From Raillietiella orientalis (taxonomy: Eukaryota): a stretch of 64,000 bases of DNA. How positions within the stretch are numbered: the first letter of the stretch is position 1; each line of letters begins with the position of its first letter. The notes beneath the pieces are model-generated. The model made no database searches and was not told where the DNA came from. It worked only from the letters and a program-made list of their open reading frames with translations. The stretch covers positions 5,890,001 through 5,954,000 of the forward strand of contig JAYWIR010000001.1 in assembly GCA_036172245.1 (NCBI GenBank), read 5' to 3'. Of this stretch, positions 52,895-64,000 are shown in pieces. The translations under genes and the position numbers were made by a program.

Positions 52895-55800
52895 GTAGGC
52901 GACTTTTTCACACATCCAACCCAAGTAGCAGATGAAAGTGATTGCAAGGACCAGAGGAAAAAAAGTTCTATTTCCTCCAGAAAAAATGATTTAATGCAGA
53001 AACTCAACGAGCAAGTTACTGTTGAAGAACAAGAACTGAGCAGGTATGTTGTGTTTTCAGGAGAGAGAGATATTGTTGTATTTAGGGTTTTAGAGCAAAG
53101 TTTGGCAGAAACTAAAGCTGGGACTGAACAAAAGAGAGATATTTGGGAAGATCCCCCAAATCCTTTTGATAGGAAAAGAGCAGGAAACTGGCCTGTTGGA
53201 TTGAAAAATGTGGGAAATACATGCTGGTTCTCAGCTGTTGTGCAGTCTTTATTTTTCATACCAAGGTTTCGCAATTTAGTATTGAATTTTCATTTCCCAA
53301 AGTATGAATATGAAAATAAGGATGTAGAAAAAAGCAACTTGGTAAGCTTACCATCTGTAAGCCTTTCTAGCATACTTTTGCATAGCCATAAATTTCTACA
53401 TATTAAAGTTTTCTCCTTTTGTGCTTGATTTCTTGTTTAGGAATAGCTGCTCATCTGTCGACAAGAATCTGACATGGTATAGGCTGTAATGCCTTTCAGA
53501 AGCAAAGGAGCCTGCTATTTATGAAGGAGCTGCAGTGCTTATTTGGACTGTTAGCAGCATCTGAGCGCAAATATGTCGATCCTTCAAAAGCTGTGAAAAT
53601 CTTGAAGGAAGCTTTTACAAATGGGGGTGGAAATCGCCAGCAAGATGTCAGTGAATTTACGCAGAAGCTACTTGAATGGCTAGAAGATGCATTCCAGTCA
53701 CAGGTGATTGTGAATTTTGGAACAGCGTGATTATGTGATCCTTATTTAATGTTTTTATCATTAGCTGGGAGTAGAAAAAGAATCAAGTTCTCAAGAGGAG
53801 CCGTTATTCCAGAAGTTTTCTGAAGCATCCGCACAAACCATACAAACTGCAAATCCGTTGGTGCAATTGTTTTACGGGCAGTACCAATCCTGTTATCATT
53901 CAAATGGTGAGTCTTGGAAAAAGTTTGTTGGCATTTGTTTAGGTACATGCAGAAGAAAAATTTAGTAATGTGGAAACCTTTGCCCAGTTTCCCTTGCAAG
54001 TTAATGGGTATAAAGACATTTATGAGTCACTGGAAGCATCTATGTGCAATGAAGTGATATGTAATTCCTTGACTTCTGGTAATAATATTGGTACACAACA
54101 AAATTGGTTCACATGCTTGCCTCCTGTGCTGCTCGTGGAACTCCTGAGGTTTCAGTTTAATCAAAAGTTGGGCTGCACCGAAAAAATTCACAACAAGCTG
54201 GATTTTCCCGAAGTTCTTTATCTGGATCGTTTTTTAGAGAAAAATCGCGATATCATCCTTAACAAGCATCAGGAATTGAAGAAACTTCGGATGCAGCGTG
54301 CCATCTTGAAACAGAAATTGGAAAAGTACTTTCAGTACAGCTGTGGACAAGCCCACATGCCTATCATAGATGCTCTGTGTTGCACCTTAAAATTTGCTAA
54401 AAGTTTTGACAGAGCTTCTTCACACCGACCCTGGATAAGAGCTCAAAGGTATGTTCCACTGCAGTGTGCTGATAATATGTAAGGAATGATGAGACCTTTG
54501 AGTTTCGCTTGATTTCCGAATTAGTTTTGTTGATTTTCTTGGCTGGCTGATACTAGATGCATTAAAGTTTTAGATGCATGAGCGCATTGTTTTCCTCATA
54601 GAAGTTTTTTAGGAAAGCAGATACCACAAACAGTGAAGACTCATCTGTTCCTGTAGTTGGAAACCCTGTACCTCGATATGTATGTGATCAAGAATTACAA
54701 GTTTTTGAAACTTGTGTGAACCGTTGGTGTGCTGAACTAAAAAGGGAAATAGAAGAGCTCAACCATTCCATAGAAGAGATCAGCAAGTGTATAAATAACA
54801 TGTATGAAGAGGACAGCTTGAAGCAGGTATGAAAAAATAATCAACAAAGCATACACTTACTTTGTTTGTAGGTAGCCTACAAGCTGCATGCAATTTTGGT
54901 TCATGATGGGGAGGCAGTCTCGGGACACTACTGGGCTTATATCTTCTGCTCGCAGTGTAATAAGTGGCTGAAGTTCAATGACGTGGTTGTCAGTGAAGAA
55001 TCGTGGCAAAATATAATTCGCGAATCATCAGGTGGTTTCCATTGTGCCTCTGCATACTGCCTTATCTACATTCGTGCAGATCAGCAGGATGCACTCGAGG
55101 GTAATTTCATTTTTCTGCACAATTTAACTGTCTAGTAGACGCAGGTTCGTCGAAAACTGGGGAGAGTCTTCCTCCTGGCCTGCGTGAATATGTAGAGGAA
55201 GACAATAAGCTGTTTAGAATGGAATTAGAATCTTGGGTAATGTGGGAAATTTTAAAGTCATTTGCTATTTCAGTCTACAGAGTCAGGTAGATGCTGTATT
55301 GACAACCCCAGTGGAAAAGGAAAATGTGTCATTGAGTGTACAGATCAGTAACTTGGCCTTATTAAATGCCAGGCGTGAACTACCACACATTGTGGTTATT
55401 CTGGAAGATTTGCCACTACACACGTGGCTACACGGACGAAATGCAGAATTGCTGCATGATGTTAGTGTGAGCAGAGCTTGTTGCAATATGTGCTGCTTTA
55501 GGTTCTCACTCTGGAAATTACCCGATGCATAAACTGTTTTCAACGTTATAAAGATGCTAAACATGTCGATGCCCGCTTGGACCATCTTGTGGTCTATTTA
55601 TTAGCAAACAAGGCTCCCCAAACGCATATTCGATGGTGCATTTTGGAAATGCTGACACATCCTCTTCTGGGTGAAGATTCGAGGTATGTTTGTTTTGGGT
55701 ATGATGCACAATGTACAATGGGAATTCCAGAGGTCACAAATTACGAGTAGCAGCATTACAGCAACTCAGTAGTGAACTATGCCTGCAAAGTGTGGAACAA

Positions 55801-56526
55801 AAAGTATTGCATGATTTATGGCACCAACAGTATCGAAATTTCCGCCAGGTTGTGTTCTCTTTTTGCTTAGGAATGGAACTATATATGGCTGGAAGGTGAA
55901 TTACATTTGTGCTCTCGAATGTATATATAATCAAATTGTAGATATGTGGCAAGCCTTAAGCATTTGGTCATTACTTTTCGACTGCATGAAGAGTTGATTC
56001 AGAGTCATCCACATTCCCCTAATAAAAGTCTGCAGACAAAGGCCATTGCTGTCTTGCTCCAGTATTGGCGACTGTGTCTTCTGGTGAGCATTTGTAGGAA
56101 AAGTTTTCATCATGCCAATGAATTATTCTGTGTAGCAAGTAAATGAAGATTGCTATGATGCATTTCACACCCATGCTTTCTGGTCTTCTGAAGATCAGTC
56201 CATGATGGATGTGTTATCATCTGCAGCTCTGACATTCATGAAATCTGAGGACATAGTTGATTCACATATTTTGGAGGAGATTCGTTCCAAGTGGTGTTCT
56301 GTGTTGGGAGAAGAAATAGGAGGTAAGAGGAGTGCATTTTGAGGAAATTGACATCCTAGTTGTTGCAGAGGATCGTAGAGATCGATTCCAAGATTTCCTC
56401 TGCTTGCTTCTGGATCCTGGAAGTGATTATCCTACCTCATTCAGCGTGAGCCATGACTGTAAACAGTTGTATGACGCATCTCTTTCCAAGCGGTTTGCCA
56501 ATCTCCTAAAGCAAGTCATACCATGA
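52895..56526 (+). CDS. USP25: Ubiquitin carboxyl-terminal hydrolase 25/28 family, multi-exon; true N-terminal (UBA) exon(s) not resolved
   Basis: UIM-like [15 protein letters not shown] followed by [12 protein letters not shown]...[21 protein letters not shown] (Cys box), [37 protein letters not shown], and His box [20 protein letters not shown]...WLKFND. The C-terminal region has [10 protein letters not shown] and [10 protein letters not shown]. Stop at 56524-56526. Confidence 0.93.
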
Positions 56527-56728
56527 GACTTTTTACTTCTACTCAGTGGTTTTGCTCCATAACCAGTAAATACACTTCATGTCTGCTTTTCTGAATGTTT
56601 TGATTAGGTGGTAGTTTTTACACAATGAATAGTACACCACCTGGCCTCACAGATATTGTAGAAATTTAAGTGTTTATTTCATACTTTCGCAGAGACTAAC
56701 ATAACTTCCTCCTAAAAATTGTACACCA

Positions 56729-57361
56729 ATGCAACAAGTATTAAGAAATAGCACCAAGTTGGTGTGGCTGGACATGGAGGTAATTTGGAACACAGATTCC
56801 TAAAATTGCTGTCTTCAAGATGACTGGTCTAGATCCAAGAGTACACCACATTTTGGAAGTGGCATGTGTCCTAACCGACTTTAAACTGGATATCTTGAAA
56901 AAAACGCCCACTCTAGTGATTCATCAAAGTGAGGAAGTCTTAAATTCTATGGATGACTGGTGCCAAATCCAGCATGGAAAAGTATTTGATGTGTAATTAG
57001 GGATTCATAAAATAAGTGAGGTTTTCAGTCTGGGCTGATTAACGAGAGCCGCAACTCCCAACTCACCATTCCTGAGGCAGAGAAAATCTTGACTTCTTTC
57101 ATCAGAGAGAACCAGGCAGAGCACAGCTGTGTTGCAGGGAACAGTGTACATTACGATCGTTGGTTTTTATGTCATTTCATGCCAAAAGTAGCTTCCATGC
57201 TCCATTACCGAACTGTTGACGTAAGCTCTATAAAACAGTTATGCATGTTCTGGTATCCAGGACTATCCAATTACAAGAAAAATCAGTTACACAGAGCACT
57301 GCCAGATATCCTGGAAAGCATTGAGGAGCTACGTTACTTTAGAACTAATGTATTCAAATAA
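56729..57361 (+). CDS. REXO2: Oligoribonuclease (DEDDh exonuclease, REXO2/Orn), 3 coding exons
   Basis: Exons 56729-56779, 56820-56981 and 57029-57361 translate to MQQVLRNSTKLVWLDME/MTGLDPRVHHILEVACVLTD...MDDWCQIQHGK/SGL...AGNSVHYDRWFL...LHYRTVDVSSIKQLC...HRALPDILESIEELRYFRTNVFK*. All Orn motifs are present. Confidence 0.96.
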
Positions 57362-60177
57362 AACAGTAATGGGATGCACTTTTTTTCCCTTAATCTATTG
57401 CAATGCTAGTCCTGCTGCCAGTAGGATGCTTAATGCCTGAACCACATAACCAGTCCTGTACAGTGTAGGCATTTCAAGTCCTTTGACCAAGTCCCAACTC
57501 TTTTCAAAGTTACACAGTTACACAGATTTACGACAAAACGTCTTACCAAGTGTCGCACACCGTTGCATATATGATACGTAATCGGCCAGGCAATTACAAA
57601 CTTTGCACAAAGCAATACTCCAGCCCCAGGGTGGAAAGATGAAAGCCAGCTGATGTAATATTCGTATGGATGGGGAAGTAGAATTGTACCTAGGAAGATG
57701 TTCGATTAAACACGTTAAAAGGCTGGTGCTTAGTAATTTCCTTTTCATGAATCTCACAGCAATTATCTACTTTTGTGAAACAAGGCCTTACCAATAGCGA
57801 ATGTGCTTAGGGCTCCTGACATCATTGCACCTGTGATTCTGTGGGAGATACTCATAAGGCCTGGGAGTTCGAACTTATAAACCGACAGACACGGGGACAA
57901 GGGTCTGTGTAAGAACCTATTTTTCTGTTCGTAACTGTTATTTTGTGGAGCCTGTACGTATACATGACGATTTATCTCAGTTGTGACACGAAGAGAATGC
58001 TTGTGAGTCCTGAAAAGAACGCATATTTTGTGATCAAGAGGTTCAACATCATCCTAATTACGTTATTTAAACATACCTGAAAGTCAATTTCCTTGATATA
58101 CGACCCACCCAACACATAGCTTTGCAGCAGTCAGCGATTACTAGCAATATCAGCGGAACGAAAGATTGTAGTGTTGCCAACGGAATATGTATTTTTTAAC
58201 CATATGATAACTCTATGCGGTTATAATAATAATGATAAAAAGCCCTGTTGGCATTTATTTATCGATTACTTCTCGTGAAAACTTAGAATCTGAAGGAAAA
58301 AATGAATTTTTAAATATCTTTTATAATTATAATTTAAGGACCCTTATTTTCACACATGCCAAGGATATTTTGCATTCCATTTTCCCAAATTTTTTTTTTG
58401 TTTTTTCATTGGACTTGTTAAATAATTATTTTTAGATACTCCGGGTCTTGTCATGTCATGCAGCAGTTATTCAACACCTCATGCACTCAACGAACGGGAT
58501 TATTATATTTTGCTTACATCTAAAAATCCAGCAGTACAAACTAATTAAGTCGCTTGAAAAGGTAGCCTTATCGAGCCATGACAAAACCCTTCAACGTTTT
58601 CTCAAACCGTGTCCTCAAGAAAAATTGAATCATGCACGAGCACGTGTAATGTAGCATTACAGGACAGTTTCAGTTAAAATACACTGAGCGAGCAAGCACG
58701 TGAAGTGTGGCACATTTGAGGGAATGGAGATCAACACCATTCATTACCTAAGGAAAAGTTTCTCGAGTTACGATGTGTCTGCTTCGGTTGCAGCTCGTGA
58801 AGGGAAGACAAACAGAAGCATCAACGCAAGAAACCAGTTAAACGAATATCAGAAATGTACGATGGGTGTTCTTTTCCTTCGGAAAGCATCGTTAGTGTTC
58901 GCTCATGTACAGTTTTTTGTTGGTAAGCTATCAGAAACTGCTTTTGGGATTTATAACTGCAGATGCAAAATACGGCATCCACTTTGGATTCTTTTGATAA
59001 AATTGAAAACATTTCGATCGACTGCTTCGCATTCATTCACGGCTTCAAGTCAACCCTGAGAGGGACTGAAACTGAAATGTAATGTAACATACAATCAACC
59101 TGTTTTGTGTGTTCCAGCTAATCGAAAGCAAGGTACGCGGCTTACTTCTTTCCATGTCCAAGATGGGATTTATGCGTTTTTTTTTTTTTTCCTTTCTGAA
59201 AGCTGTGTGTTCTTAACTCGGAATTTTTCGTGGAAACTTCGCGCGCTTTGAGATGCGAGTTTTCAGATCCGTCTCTTGGCATATCTCAGGATCAAAGAGC
59301 AAATACATCAAGATATAATTACAACGTGACGTCGATTACGATATTTGTATTAACTCTTCGTTTTTTTTTTTTTTTTTTTTTTTTCTTTCTGGGCGAAAGG
59401 ACTCAAGTTTCTCTTCGATAAGATTGTAGAAACGAAGCACAATTGAATTTCGATGAGATAGTCGCAGCCTCTCACACGTTGCCAATAAGGTCGTCTGAAT
59501 TGGTCCTGCAATCACTGGGGTTGTACGACGAAAAGGGATGCATGAAGTGTGCCACATGCAGGCACCGAAACACCATGGAGTGTGAAACTGCATGAGTCAC
59601 TAAAAGTCAGTTTATTAAATGATTCAAGCATGGGCACTGACAAGAGACCTTTGCACGACACATATCTGTGTATATCCATCCGTACACCCATATCTATGGC
59701 TATCCGTCTCTCTATACGGTCCTGTACTGTAAAACGAGAAGCATTCGAAGGTTGCGTGGTGGAGCCGAAAGTGGTCGTCGTCGTCGTCGTCGTCATCATC
59801 ATTATCATCATCAGCAGCAGCAGCAGGGGATGATGCATCCAGGCCGGTCTTTCCCAAGTTCGAGAGGAGATGTGCGACGGGCAAAACGTGGAAGCTGTGG
59901 GGCCGCTTCCCGTCCAACCGCGACGGTATCTCCGCCTTTTTCTCTCGCTGCTTTCGAAACAGTCGCTTCGGTGTGTCTTCCAAGTTTTTCTGTTCCCATT
60001 GTGCGGAGTGACCGCGCGCGCAGTCTGTGCGTGAAGGATGCACATATGTGCATATGTGTTTTCTCCTTCCCTTCCTTTTTACAGTTGGCTGCGGACGCGG
60101 GAGTGCTGATTTTGGGCGTCCTGCCGTTTCAGTACGTGCGAACAACCTGCCCGTACTTGGAATTCCTCTCTTCATCA

Positions 60178-60212
<35 letters not shown>

Positions 60213-61141
60213 AAATGAAACCTCGCGTTACGGTCTTCCTTTTTTTCTTTTTTTTTTGTTTGGCGTTGAAAAAAAGGAAAAAGAAAACCAAGATAAGCGG
60301 GAATTTAGCCGAGACGCGTACGTGAGAGGGCTGCTTGGATTTTCATCTGAAGTTGCTGCAGCAACCACGATGGATGGATGAATCAGCTTCCACCGAACGC
60401 TCCTCGTGGGCGTTCTCGTGTGGCTGGTGGCGGAGAGGATACGAGCGTAACGCCGCCACTTCCTCTTCCAGGCGCTCGTTTGCGCGCTTCCCATGTCTGT
60501 ACGTCCACCCATCCTTCGTACAGTTCCTCCGCGTACCTGCGCTGCTTGGGGTTCCGCGCGCGCGGCTCCGGGAGGCGGCGTCCCACGCAGAGACCACGGA
60601 AGCTCCCGCGCCGGGAACCCGGGCACGGGGAATACTCGCGTGGGGGCCTGCAGGGTCCCTCCCCCTCCCACCCCCCCCTTTGAAGCAGATCCGTGCCGGA
60701 AGAGTCGGCTCGATGGTACTCGGATTTTTTTATTGCACGGCGGCATTAAGGCGCAGATAGGGGGAGGAGGAGGAGGAGGAGGAGGAGGAAGGGGGGGGGG
60801 TCCGCACGCGTACACGCAAACGCACGCGGGGGGAGCTCGGCGGCGGCGGCGGCGGGCAAGGGCGCTCCGGAGAACGCGGGCGCACTCATCTCCCACTCGG
60901 GCCTGCAAAAGACAAATAAACCCACGAGTAATACCCACTACTCCATGCGATCATGCCAAATGCTGCTATTGGTTACTATGCAGAAACTCCTCCCTAATGG
61001 TATTCATCAAGGTACGTTATCACTGAGACTAGGGTAGAAAAGAGGCGGGCAAGGACACGTCCGCCAGTTGCGACTAGTCTCATGCGGGGCGACGTGCGGA
61101 TCCGCGCGCGCGCGCATGCGTGATCCGTTCGGGAGGGCAGC

Positions 61142-62227
61142 ATGTCTCCTGTGCCGTTGCCGCCTCACATGTGCATGTTGGACGCTGACGAGAGCTGCGT
61201 GCCGAAGGTAAGGCGGGCAGGGCGGGCCCCGGCCGCGAGGGAGGAGGAGCAGGAGGCGCCCTGCCGGCCGAGTCCCCGCGAGGGCTTTGGCGCAGGGCAG
61301 CCGCTGCGCGGCCCGCCGTGCGCGAGAGCGGCCGCGCGCAGCCTCGCACGGTTGCCGACGACCGGTCGAGGGGAAAAATAAGTAATAACAACAACCAACA
61401 ACAACCAGCAACAACAACGGAAAAAAAAAGAAAAAAAGAACAAAAAAAAAAAAAAAAAAGGCAGAAAGAAAGAGAGTGCAAAAGGCCAGGCTGCTGCGGT
61501 CAGTCGGATGCGGCGAGACACGTGCTTGCTGCTCTTTCCTCGGATGCTGGGCACCGCCACCGGGAGTTGTTTTGTGTTCCTTCTGCTCTTCCTGCGTGCA
61601 TCGTCTTTCCTCCATGAAAATCTTTCTTCGTTCCCCTCCCCCCTTCCCCCCTCCTCCCTTCGGGTTTATGCCTCGAAGCCGACCTTTTTTTTTTTTTTTT
61701 TTTTTCCTTCTTCCCGATTTTCTTCGTGTGACTCGTACGATCCGTACGTGTTCCTCTCGTGCGACGGTACTTCTTGCTGCTGCTTCCGGTACTGCCCAGC
61801 GGACGGACGATGGGATGGCAAAAACGAAAGAGCAAAGCGGGGCGCGCGTGGTGTTGGGGCGTCGTCGCCACCGTTGTGTGGCCGCTGCTGCGTTTGGAAG
61901 GCCCGCCTCCTCCTCGAGTGCCACCACCCCTCCCGCCCCTTTCCCTCCCGCGTCCCCCTCAGCCCCCCTTCTGGCCCCTTTTCCTGTGCGGAGCGGAGCG
62001 CTGCGGCTGCTGCACCACGCCAGGCTGCTGCGTTTCGTCACCGTGTGTAATTTCACAACGCTCTCGTGTTGACAGGCGAGTATTTGCATAGAACCGGCTC
62101 TGCGATCGATTGTGATTATCGCACGACGACGACGACGACGACAACAGGAAGTACCACGCCGTGTGGGAACAACATGTACCGGGAGAAGAAAAAGAACGGG
62201 AAGCATCCGACCACCGGTGCCTCCCCC

Positions 62228-62262
<35 letters not shown>

Positions 62263-64000
62263 CCCCCCCCTTTCGGGGGGATCTGTGAACACTGCGCATG
62301 CCGTTGTTGTCAGCAGTGTGCAGGCTCGGGCAAGGCAATCTGCGGGGGGGAGGGGGGACGCGGGCGCACGCGCGCGCGCTGCAGACGTGTGTGGCGCGGT
62401 GCGTGTGTGGGTGGTTGAAGGGCCGATGCGAGTACGAGCGGGTGCCTCGCACCGCGTTGGCTCACCCACCGCGAATTAGCCCTTCCCGCCCGGCTTGCCC
62501 CGATCGCCGTGGTGCTCACGTCCGTGCTCCCGGAGCCGGGTAGGCTGTGCGCTGCTGCCTCCTCCCCTCCCTCCCTCCGGGACCCGTGGTTCGGTTTCGG
62601 GTCAAGTGACCCGGTCGCTGGGCGACGACGTGTGCTTCAGGTTACCGCTCGGGGGCCGCGCGCGTCGCAACAGATGCTCCCAGGGGCTCCGCGGTTGAGG
62701 CGCGCGTGACGTGCGGCCCCGCGGCCAGACGGGGGGGAGGGGGACGAGGTGCGCTCCCGGGAGGAGGTCCTTCTGGCAGCCATTTTTTTTTTTTTTTTTC
62801 CTTTTGCCCGTTTTCGTGCTTTGTGCGTTCGCTCCGTCGTGCGGCCACGGCGTGCGTAACGTGCGAGCGCGGAGCTCTCTCGGCGGATTCCGCGACCGCC
62901 GCTGCCTCTCAACAATGCGAGTCGGTTGTCCTTCGGATTGTTGCAAACGGAAGTCGCTTCCGCGGAGGTGAGGTCCCCTCGTGCCCTCGGGCGCCATTAG
63001 GAAAAAAAGAAAAGAAAGAAACGGAGAAACAAAAAGAAAGCGTGTGGTGGTGGTGGTGGTGGTGGTGGTGGTGGTGCTTCGCGCGCGTTCCGTGTGTGCC
63101 GATTTCGGCCCGCGTCGTCTCGTTCGGATCTGCGAGAGCGCCCGCCGAGCAGCAGCAGCAGCAGGAGGTGTGGTGTACTGCGCGTGCGTTTGTGGTGTTC
63201 TCTCTCGATCGGGGGCTCGGCAACAGCAGCCAAAAACACACACAAAAAATCAAAACAAAAAAAAAATTTTTTTTTTTTTTTTTCTGTTCTTTTCCCCATG
63301 CAGGAACAAGTGACTGGTGTCGAATGGGGGACGCTGGAAAACAAAGCGGCGTACGGACTGACTTCATGCTCGCTTGCCCGAAGGCATTCCACTCCGGTCT
63401 CCGTGCACACCGGGTCCAGGGCGAAGGCGAACGTGCACCGCAAGGCCGATCGAAGCAGTAGCGATCCCTTCGACAAGAGCCCCCACAAGGGGACCGGGAT
63501 GAGTCGCCTGTACAAGACGGAGCTGTGCCGCCCCTACGAAGAGAACGGCATATGCAAGTACGGAGAGAAATGCCAGTTCGCCCACGGTCGGCTCGAGCTG
63601 CGGGCGCTGCCTCGCCACCACAAATACAAGACGGAACTGTGCCGCTCGTACCACACCAAGGGGTTCTGCAACTACGGTTCCCGCTGCCACTTCGTGCACA
63701 GCGGTCTCGACCTGACCCCTCTCCTGCTACGAGGAGGCTGCGCACCCACGCCTCCCACCCCCATACCCCCGCCTCGCGGTGGCCTGAACTCGGTCGGCAG
63801 CTCTCCCGGTCCCACGCCTCCGCTCGGCAACTCGCCCGCACCCACCCCCGTCCTCTCCAGCAAGGTCTTCCTCATGGAGGACTCGTCCTCCTCCTCCTCC
63901 TCCTCCTGTTCCTCTTCTTCCTCCTCTTCCTGTTCCTCTTCTTCCTCCTCCTCTTCTTCCTCCTCCTCCTCCTCCTCCTCTTGCTCTTCCTCCTCCTCCT
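61142..64000 (+). CDS. Tis11: TIS11/ZFP36L tandem CCCH zinc-finger ARE-binding protein; 3' end lies beyond the window
   Basis: Main exon starts at 63304 after a strong pyrimidine tract and CAG. It encodes [43 protein letters not shown] and [26 protein letters not shown] (two CX8CX5CX3H fingers), then Pro-rich and poly-Ser sequence open to 64000. The probable first exon 61142-61207 ([28 protein letters not shown], phase 0) is less certain than the zinc-finger exon. Confidence 0.93.
63045..63075. repeat. (TGG)n microsatellite in the Tis11 intron
   Basis: Read directly. It explains the poly-W/H/V/T/P runs in the ORF track. Confidence 0.95.

Noticed and set aside
61007-62452. 481-aa minus-strand ORF and similar long ORFs (20437-21558, 21889-23103, 28332-29267, 30478-31470, 46982-48022)
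   Set aside because: They are Arg/Pro/Gly/Ala-rich, run through microsatellites and homopolymers, overlap in several frames and contain no domains. This is expected from stop-poor GC-rich DNA.
1-64000. CRISPR arrays, tRNA/rRNA/snRNA genes, prokaryotic operons or defence systems
   Set aside because: I saw no repeat-spacer arrays, cloverleafs or rRNA motifs. All recognisable genes are spliceosomal animal genes.

Overview
This is eukaryotic animal DNA, probably arthropod or another ecdysozoan, not prokaryotic. Nearly all long ORFs in the supplied track are spurious products of GC-rich, low-complexity sequence; the real genes are spliced. I reconstructed seven by hand: SMOC/pentagone (+), BCKDHA (-), CKS1/2 (+), capicua long form (+), USP25/28 (+), oligoribonuclease REXO2 (+) and TIS11/ZFP36L (+, running off the window end). 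AT-rich, CpG-poor blocks of tightly packed genes with very short introns (37-47 nt) alternate with GC/CpG-rich, microsatellite-rich non-coding blocks containing decayed LINE remnants, the clearest an L1/Tx1-type ORF2 at ~23.6-25.7 kb. The SMOC and BCKDHA stop codons are only 19 bp apart, so their 3' UTRs must overlap each other's coding exons. USP25 and REXO2 are 202 bp apart with an unpaired splice acceptor between them, suggesting a possible dicistronic or operon-like unit. There is also a perfect 70-bp-arm inverted repeat and candidate GC-AG introns. I found no clearly novel multi-gene system. Exon boundaries are manual and unverified by transcripts.
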